Shown one piece after another: positions 1 through 6,850 of a stretch of DNA of 29,097 nt. A program made the position numbers and the translations under genes. The stretch comes from Azolla caroliniana (Eukaryota > Plantae > Polypodiophyta), in NCBI GenBank assembly GCA_043228905.1, contig JBHGNT010000391.1, positions 1 to 29,097 of the forward strand, read 5' to 3'. Position 1 is the stretch's first letter. Each line of letters begins with the position of its first letter. Below the pieces are notes generated by a model. It made no database searches. It was not told where the DNA came from and saw only the letters and a list, made by a program, of their open reading frames with translations.

Positions 1-1
1 A

Positions 2-1189
2 AGAAAGGTATGGCACAGCGGCTTATGGTGGCCCACGACGCTAAAAGATGCCGTCAAGTATGCTAAGGAATGTGACCTATGCCAACGAATGGGCCAGCCT
101 ACGGAGCAAGCACGGATGCCACACCAACCGGTACTTCCACTAGAGCCATTCCAGAAGTGGGGATTGGATTTTGTCGGACCGTTCAAGCCACCGGCAATGA
201 GAACGGGTAATCGTTATGTCATCGTGGCAACGGATTATTGCACGAAATGGGTGGAAGCTAAGGCCCTGAGAGACAACACCGCGTCATCCACAGCAAAATT
301 CCTGTATGAGAACATTTGGTGCCGATATGGATGTCCGATTGAACTGATCAGCGACCAAGGAGGGCATTTCCTCGGCCAGGTAGTGGAAAGCTTAACAACG
401 TTCTATGCCGTGGTCCATAAAAGAAGCACACCGTATTACCCACAGGCGAACGGGTTAGCAGAGTCCACCAACAAAACGCTGCAGAACATTCTCCGCAAAA
501 TTGTCAATGAAAACCGGACGGACTGGGACACAAAGCTCCATAGTGCGCTATGGGCGTACAGAACGACATACAAAACGAGTATCCGGACAACGCCGTTCCG
601 GTTAGCATTCGGCTTAGAAGCGGTCATGCCGGTCGAGTTTCAGGTACCAAGCTTACGGATCCAACTACGGGAACGGCTGAATGAAAAGAAGTCGGAGGAA
701 ATACGGCTAGCAGCACTATGCGAACTGGAGGAGCAACGGCTGGCCAGCATCCTCCACATGGAACTGGAGCAACGACGACGGAAGGCGTTCGTTGACCGTC
801 ACCGGAAAGGTAACGAAAAGATGTTCGAAATCGGAAAGCCGGTTCTAGTATTCCAAACGAGGATGGGCAAAATGCCGGGTAAACTCCGGTTCAGATGGAC
901 AGGCCCGTATTGGCTGACACGGGAATACAACGGGTCCTATCAGATAGGGACACTTGCCGGTGAAGTACTAGGCAAGTGGGTGAATGGATTTCGACTAAAG
1001 CCCTATAAAGGACCGATGCCAAAGAACCCGTTTATGCAGCGCACCGGCACTACACCAGGAACCTGTCCGGGATCGGTACGGATTGATCCGGAAGACAAAG
1101 ACGACGGGGAACCCGTAGTAAATACGAAGGAAGACACGGCAACCCGTAAGGAAAACGGTCAGGGTCCGGAGGGACCTACGGATGTGTAA
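2..1189 (+). CDS. Gypsy Pol C-terminus: integrase (5'-partial, reading frame runs off the window)
   Basis: Open frame from base 2 (RKVWHSGLWWPTTLKDAVKYAKECDLCQRMG) contains the zinc-binding CxxC. DDE triad in WGLDFVGP, ISDQGGHF and NGLAESTNK, then ALWAYRT and the GPY/F motif RWTGPY. Stop TAA at 1187-1189. Confidence 0.95.
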   Translation, partial: RKVWHSGLWWPTTLKDAVKYAKECDLCQRMGQPTEQARMPHQPVLPLEPFQKWGLDFVGPFKPPAMRTGNRYVIVATDYCTKWVEAKALRDNTASSTAKFLYENIWCRYGCPIELISDQGGHFLGQVVESLTTFYAVVHKRSTPYYPQANGLAESTNKTLQNILRKIVNENRTDWDTKLHSALWAYRTTYKTSIRTTPFRLAFGLEAVMPVEFQVPSLRIQLRERLNEKKSEEIRLAALCELEEQRLASILHMELEQRRRKAFVDRHRKGNEKMFEIGKPVLVFQTRMGKMPGKLRFRWTGPYWLTREYNGSYQIGTLAGEVLGKWVNGFRLKPYKGPMPKNPFMQRTGTTPGTCPGSVRIDPEDKDDGEPVVNTKEDTATRKENGQGPEGPTDV

Positions 1190-1201
1190 GGTCACACACC
1201 G

Positions 1202-1240
1202 TCATTAAAAAAAAAAAAAAAAAAAAAAAATCATTAAAAA
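1202..1240 (+). repeat. A24 homopolymer between two copies of TCATTAAAAA in the inter-ORF spacer
   Basis: TCATTAAAAA at 1202-1211 and 1231-1240; A run 1207-1230. Confidence 0.9.
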
Positions 1241-1557
1241 TCGAGGTATGAACGGGTGTGAAAGCGAGGCGCGAAAAGGTACGTAGTGGGCATTTAAGAG
1301 ACGCCACGCTACTTAATACTAAATTAGTACACGACGTGTGCATGCTCGAAAAAGGCGCCAAAACGCACAAAGAAGAAGCAGAACGCATGGAGACCTTTTC
1401 ATTTCGCGAGCCAAGAAGCACAGAAGCACCAAGACAGTGGAAGCTGAGCAAACGCGAACCTGCACGCAGAGAACCCCCGCGCTCAGAACGCTCTCTCTCT
1501 CGCTCTCACTCTCATCACCACTCTACTTCGCCATCTTCCCTCGACCCTGAAGCAGAC

Positions 1558-4209
1558 ATGGAACCACAAACGCTGTCGGAAGCGGCCAGGAAATGGTTCA
1601 GGCAAAACGGACTGGAGGGGTTCTTGGCCATCATGGAGGCACCGCCGCACAGAGAAGCAGACCGGATCATCAAGGAGCTCGCCACAGAGGTCATCACCGA
1701 GGAAGCGATCCGCGCGCTAACAGGCCTTCCGGAGGGAGGAATCTTTCAGATCGATAACCCAACCTCGGAGCAACTCACCCGATATTTCGGTGAGTACTCT
1801 GTTGCCGGCAAAGGCTATCGGACGCAGGGCGGCGAAGATCCGCTATTCAGGGAGATAGCTCGAGTGCTCCATGAGTACGGTCACGTGTACCCCCGACCCC
1901 CTGTCATGCCAAAAAATCGGGCAGGGATGATCATAGCCACCTATGAAGGGGTCAAGGTGGACTGGCCGGTGTTGATTGCAGACGGGTTGTGCATGGCAAT
2001 CGACATGGTACGAGGGAAGGACGGCAAGGAGGGCCGGAAGCTGTGGCACGCCGTAGCTCAATGGATAACATTGCTCGTGCCGCCGGTCGAGACCGCCCAG
2101 CCAAAGAAGCGGCCAAGAGTATCGGAAGGAAGCACCTCGAAGCCGGCGTCCAAACGACAGCAGCTGCTGGCGTCGAAGGCGACGAAAGGGAAGAAACGGG
2201 TCCCAGAACCGGAGGAGGTGTCACCGGTCCGACCCGTCAAGATAACCTTACGAAGACCAGGACAGAAGGAACCGGAACCCTTGACGGCACAGAAACATGC
2301 CGTGACACAGGAAGAGGAAACGGAGGAGCCAGAAGAGCACCTCCAACGACGGTCGAGAAGTAGGACCGCCGAGACAGGAGGGGAGCGGTCGTACCCGCGA
2401 GAGGCAGAAACGCCCCCAACTCAACCTGAGCAAACCACAAGGGAAGAACCGGAACCGGTGCATAGGGAACCGGTCTTGGCGACTTCTATAGAAGAAGTCA
2501 TGCCAACGGCTGCGGAGACGGCGGGAACCGGAACGCAACAGCCGGCGAGCACAGCCAGCACACACGGCGGCCAAGGAGTAGAACCAGAACGGCATATGCA
2601 GGCACTCAGGCCAGACAAGTCCACAGGGAATGAGCCGACCCGGCCAGTACAGCAACAAGGCACCAATAGCATGTGGCTACGATGGGTAGGCGAGCAAATC
2701 GCCGGAGTGGTGGAGTATATAGAGGCGGAAGAGAGAACGCACCAGGAACGGTTGCTCGTCACAACCGTAGATCTAGAGACGGCCCGGTCCAGAATCCGGA
2801 GCCTTGAACAAGACTTGGACAGGGTCACAAGGGAAACACAAGTCCAAGCACCGGTGACTCCGGGCAATGTACAGAATAAAGTATCAAATCAACCTGTACA
2901 TAGCAATCAGACCCCGGCAACGGAAACCGTTCCGGAGAGAAATGCGGCACAAGCCCAAGAGCTTGCGGATTTAAAGGATGAGCTAGCTGCCCAAGAAGCG
3001 CTGAGGAGCCGCGAAAGAGAATTGAAGACGGCAGCGGAGGCAGAACTCAAAAAGACTGCTGAGAATCTACGCCGTGCCGAGGAGAGCTTACGGAAAGGCC
3101 ATCAAGCATACGACCGGCTCAAGGAGGAAAAGGAGAAAATGCTGCAAGAGAAGGACAAGCTCCGGAGGAACGCCGAAACAGAAGTAGAGGGCCTGAAAGA
3201 GGAACTCCGGCAGGTAAAGGACCGGGAGGACCGGAACCATCGCCAAATCAACGGCAAGCTCAAACAAAAAACGGAGGAATTTGAGCAATTGCACCGGGAG
3301 TATAAACGGTTGCAAACGGAGCACAAGGAACGAACGGATGAGCTCCGGCAAGCCGTTGATCGGACCGCAACCGCATTCGCCAAGGAACAAGCGGAAAACA
3401 GAAGACGGTTGGAAGAGGCGGAGAAGGTTCGGACAGAGCTCCTCAGGCAACAGCAGGCGGAAAAAGAAAGAGCGGCGGAGGTACTGCAGAGGCTGCAAAC
3501 GACATATCAAGGGCAGCTGACGCGCTACAGGGAGCAGGCGGAGGATACGGCAAACCTCATCAAGCAGTTGAAGGAGGAGCGACAAGTGGTGGAAAGCAGA
3601 GCACAGATGGGAGCAAGTCGCATCCAAGATATAATGCGGGCCTGGTTGAACCAGACCAAGAGCTTGATTGACAACAGTTCAGTCAAATGGTGGACCAAGT
3701 GGGCCACGAACGCGGCGGAACTCCAATTACTCCGGGCTGACGTAGAGAACCGGCGGAAGGAGGGAGATGATTGCTATATGCTGACTTCCGAAGACTTCAC
3801 CGGCATAAGAGATGAGCTGGCCGAAGACTTTCAAGCCTTGGCAGAAGACCAATTAGAGCAAGTCCGGCAACTTGTAGCTCAGCTGGACGACGACAGGCTG
3901 GAGGCGCAGATCCAGTTTGAAAGCTACGAGAGGTCCCGGATCCGGGGAGAGAAAGAACGAGAACCAGTTACGGTCAACCTCAGTGATGAGGAACCGTTAC
4001 TGGAAGGAGACCGGACCGGAAGCAGTCAAACGGAGATGCCGGAGCCAGAGAAACAAATGGGGCACCAGCAGCAAGCAGAGCAGCCGGAGCAACCTCAGTC
4101 ACAACCGCAATCACAGCAGCAGCAGCAAGCACAGCCGCAACAACCACAACCGAAAGAACAAGCGGAAATTCTTGAACCAAGTATTTTGGACAATTTGGGT
4201 GAACAATGA
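1558..4209 (+). CDS. Additional 3' ORF of the Gypsy element, 883 aa from ATG 1558 (frame open from 1258): PMD/plant-transposon-like N-domain, basic linker, long coiled coil, Q/P-rich tail
   Basis: Uninterrupted ORF of >2.6 kb; CT-rich leader at ~1490-1545 precedes ATG 1558. Motifs WFRQNGLEGF, ITEEAIRALTGLPEGG and GVKVDWPVLIADGL; KKRPR and KGKKR; E/K/R/Q-rich heptad-like region at ~2940-3930. No obvious signal peptide or transmembrane segment. Confidence 0.8.
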   Translation: MEPQTLSEAARKWFRQNGLEGFLAIMEAPPHREADRIIKELATEVITEEAIRALTGLPEGGIFQIDNPTSEQLTRYFGEYSVAGKGYRTQGGEDPLFREIARVLHEYGHVYPRPPVMPKNRAGMIIATYEGVKVDWPVLIADGLCMAIDMVRGKDGKEGRKLWHAVAQWITLLVPPVETAQPKKRPRVSEGSTSKPASKRQQLLASKATKGKKRVPEPEEVSPVRPVKITLRRPGQKEPEPLTAQKHAVTQEEETEEPEEHLQRRSRSRTAETGGERSYPREAETPPTQPEQTTREEPEPVHREPVLATSIEEVMPTAAETAGTGTQQPASTASTHGGQGVEPERHMQALRPDKSTGNEPTRPVQQQGTNSMWLRWVGEQIAGVVEYIEAEERTHQERLLVTTVDLETARSRIRSLEQDLDRVTRETQVQAPVTPGNVQNKVSNQPVHSNQTPATETVPERNAAQAQELADLKDELAAQEALRSRERELKTAAEAELKKTAENLRRAEESLRKGHQAYDRLKEEKEKMLQEKDKLRRNAETEVEGLKEELRQVKDREDRNHRQINGKLKQKTEEFEQLHREYKRLQTEHKERTDELRQAVDRTATAFAKEQAENRRRLEEAEKVRTELLRQQQAEKERAAEVLQRLQTTYQGQLTRYREQAEDTANLIKQLKEERQVVESRAQMGASRIQDIMRAWLNQTKSLIDNSSVKWWTKWATNAAELQLLRADVENRRKEGDDCYMLTSEDFTGIRDELAEDFQALAEDQLEQVRQLVAQLDDDRLEAQIQFESYERSRIRGEKEREPVTVNLSDEEPLLEGDRTGSSQTEMPEPEKQMGHQQQAEQPEQPQSQPQSQQQQQAQPQQPQPKEQAEILEPSILDNLGEQ

Positions 4210-4635
4210 AGGGGCCGAGAAGGGTTCGACGTACAAGGTACTGTCCCACGGGCGTGCCATGTGTTACCAGCCGGCAAGGAGTCCAAAATACGGAATTAAT
4301 TAGATGGTTGTAAATGAGCATAGTGTGGACGGACGGACTGGAAACGGTATGCCGTTCCAGATCCGGACGGATCCCGAATAGGTGCGAGAGACACCGTTTT
4401 GTAATACGGGCCGGAAACCTATTTAAAGGCCCGGACCCCATTGTAATGACAGCGGATAATTAATAGAGCTTATGATGTTTGTATTTCTGTCTTGATTTCC
4501 GTTCTGTAATTACTGTTATATCTTACGCGTGTAATTAACCAAAGCAATCTAATCGTGTAACCTACGTAAGTCGGTGTAATCGTTGAATCTTAATCCTATG
4601 CCGTAATCACCCTTTGGTGAAGTGTCTCCGTGACA
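4210..4635 (+). repeat. Gypsy 3' LTR, minimal extent; 5' boundary unresolved
   Basis: TATTTAAA at 4420-4427, then a T-rich R/U5-like region with repeated TGTAA, ending GTGACA. The partner LTR is outside the window. Confidence 0.55.
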
Positions 4636-4651
4636 CCTTGTGTTAGGCCTT

Positions 4652-5840
4652 GTCCGGCAAATGGCCGATGAGTCCCGAATCTACTTGATCCTGTATGTCG
4701 ACGATATGATGATTGCAGCGAAGACTAAAGCGGAGCCTTCATGACAAATTCGCGATGAAGGAACCCAGACAAACCCGGCACATCTTGGGCATGAGGTTCG
4801 AGCGACATCGGATGAAGAAGACTCTCCTCTCCGGCTTTCCTAGTCTGATTATATCCGGAAGGTGCTAAAACGGTTTAACATGCAGAACGCAAAGTCAGCA
4901 CTAACTCCGCTTCCTACGTCGACACGATTGACAAGCAGGGACTCTCCTTCGATCGACAAGGAGAAAGAGCTCAATGGAAAGATACCCTACTCATCGCCTG
5001 TAGGAAGTATCATATACGCAATGATGGCGACCTGACCTGATCTTGCATATGTCGTAGGGGTCGTCAGCCAGTACATATCTTTAGGTATCTATGAGGAACC
5101 GAAGAAGTACAACTGACTTTTGGATCAGCCAATCTGACCGAAGTCGAAGGCTATACGAACTCTGACTACGCCGACAATCTAAACAATTGGAAGTTGATAT
5201 CAGGCTATATATTCACCTATGGCGGTGGCACCATTTCATGGAGGTCAAAATTACAAGAGTGCATGACCTTGTCGATCATAGAGGCTGAGTACATAGCCAC
5301 ATCGGAGGCAACGAAGGAAGCGGCTTGGCTCCACCAACTATTGGTTGATTTTTTAGCTACAAGTTGAATTGATCATCCGGCGCCGACCATCTATTGCGAC
5401 TCACAGAGCACAATACACCTCATTCGGACCCAGTCTACCATGTGAAGACGAAACATATTGAGCTCTGGTTTCATCATATCTAGGAGCTCGTAACCGAGAG
5501 AAGCTTGAAGTTCGGAAGATCGACACCAAGGTGAACATCGTTGATTGCCTGACGAAGCCCCTCCCAAAACAACACTTCGGAGCATTGAGGAATATGATGG
5601 GACTACGATAAACAACCGAGCAGAATGGAGTCGAATGAACAATAGCAGAAGGAAATTTGAAGACCGATCCAATCGGACGAGCCGAAAAGGCAAAGTCCAA
5701 AGAATCGGAATACCAAGAGGCTGAAGGCGCAACACTGAGCGAGGATATCGATTGGAGAGGAGATGATTGAGGATCAAACGAACCCGAAGACAAATCGAGG
5801 ATCTAGCGAGGAGCACAGGAATGAGCGCGTATGAGGAGTA
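4652..5840 (+). pseudogene. Copia RT/RNase H pseudogene with a charged C-terminal extension
   Basis: IYLILYVDDM (YVDD at 4694-4705), GSIIYAMMAT*PDLAY, GYTNSDYA...ISWRSKLQ...EAEYIA, IYCDSQS, KTKHI and NIVDCLTKPLP. Multiple stops and frameshifts. Confidence 0.92.
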
Positions 5841-6133
5841 GACGACCAACTAGAGGCCGAGAGTTGGAATTGTACATGAGCCGATTCGAATGAATGAGCC
5901 AACTCAAATGTCGATCCAACCAACCCAGTTCAGTCGACCCGGATAACATACAATCCGGATGACTAACCGAATTAGGCTAGATTCCGACTATACCTATGCT
6001 AATTTGGCCGAGTGCCGACAGACTTGTATGTATACACTTGTAACTATAGATTAGACTTGTAATCTAGGTTCACGGGGGAGATAACCCCAATTATCTGTAT
6101 ACATAGCAAGAGTATCCCTTTTACGGGGGAGTT

Positions 6134-6233
6134 TGTTGGCATAAAAGGCTGACTCCTTCCACTTTGTATCCTTAGTCTGAATACATTCCCAAGTTAGGGC
6201 TTGAGTATATAAGCCTAATTGTAACATTGTAAA

Positions 6234-6277
<44 letters not shown>

Positions 6278-6415
6278 TTATAGAAGAGAATAACAAAGCT
6301 TCCATTGGAGCTTACATTGTCTATCTTGCTTCTTACTTTTTGTCTATTATGCATACTTTGTCTTTTCGTCGTGTACATGTTGTTTGCATGACACATTAAC
6401 TTGTAGGTCCTCACA
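6134..6415 (+). repeat. Copia 3' LTR, ~282 bp
   Basis: Starts TG just after the PPT, contains TATATAA near 6206 and a (GA)n tract at ~6236-6275, ends CCTCACA. The end position is inferred. Confidence 0.7.
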
Positions 6416-6850
6416 TCTTCTACAAATTATATACAACAAGAATAACCTAAGGAAGTAGGTATTGACGCAAAATGAACTGGTATTTCCAAGTTTTTCCCAT
6501 AACTCTGCTTTCTTGAAAGCCATTAATTATGACCATGTGTAACCATGCATACTAGGGTAATTATACTATCTTTGACCTAACTAACTCCATTGATGCAAGG
6601 TATAAATGGTCTCATTAAGGCATAGGTATACACAAAATGAAAGTGGAAAACATGTAACACTTAGATTTCAACTTCAAGAATCATCGATGGAAAATGTTTA
6701 GCGCTTATATTTCAAGAATTATTGAGGCATGGAGTTTTTATGTAGAAAATGTTTACAAAAATAGTTTTTAGACAGTGTAACCCTCTCTTATGCTAAAAAT
6801 GTTTATGAGATTTCTTGTTTGAACATGGAAAAAACCTTGGTGTCTTATGT

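Larger units (their letters stand above)
1..4635 (+). mobile_element. 3' part of a Ty3/Gypsy LTR retrotransposon, non-chromovirus (Athila/Tat/Ogre-like): integrase, extra ORF and 3' LTR; nested in a Copia RT
   Basis: Integrase ORF with no chromodomain, followed by a long sense ORF. TATA-like TATTTAAA at 4420-4427 and an LTR-like end GTGACA at 4630-4635; Copia RT sequence begins shortly after. The right boundary could be anywhere in 4635-4652. Confidence 0.85.
4636..6415 (+). mobile_element. 3' half of a decayed Ty1/Copia element: RT, RNase H, PPT and 3' LTR
   Basis: RT-RNaseH remnants, PPT GGGGGAG at 6125-6131, LTR starting TGTTGG at 6134. Confidence 0.9.

Noticed and set aside
1258-1557. 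GTG start giving a 983-aa protein
   Set aside because: Eukaryotic context makes GTG initiation unlikely, and the SRSHSHHHS stretch is a translated CT-rich leader. ATGs at 1342 and 1387 cannot be excluded.
1176-4441. Antisense and alternative-frame ORFs over the Gypsy extra ORF
   Set aside because: Shadows of a GC-rich coding strand with no motifs.
5391-5849. Two minus-strand ORFs of 130-152 aa
   Set aside because: Antisense to the Copia RNase H and tail; no independent coding evidence.
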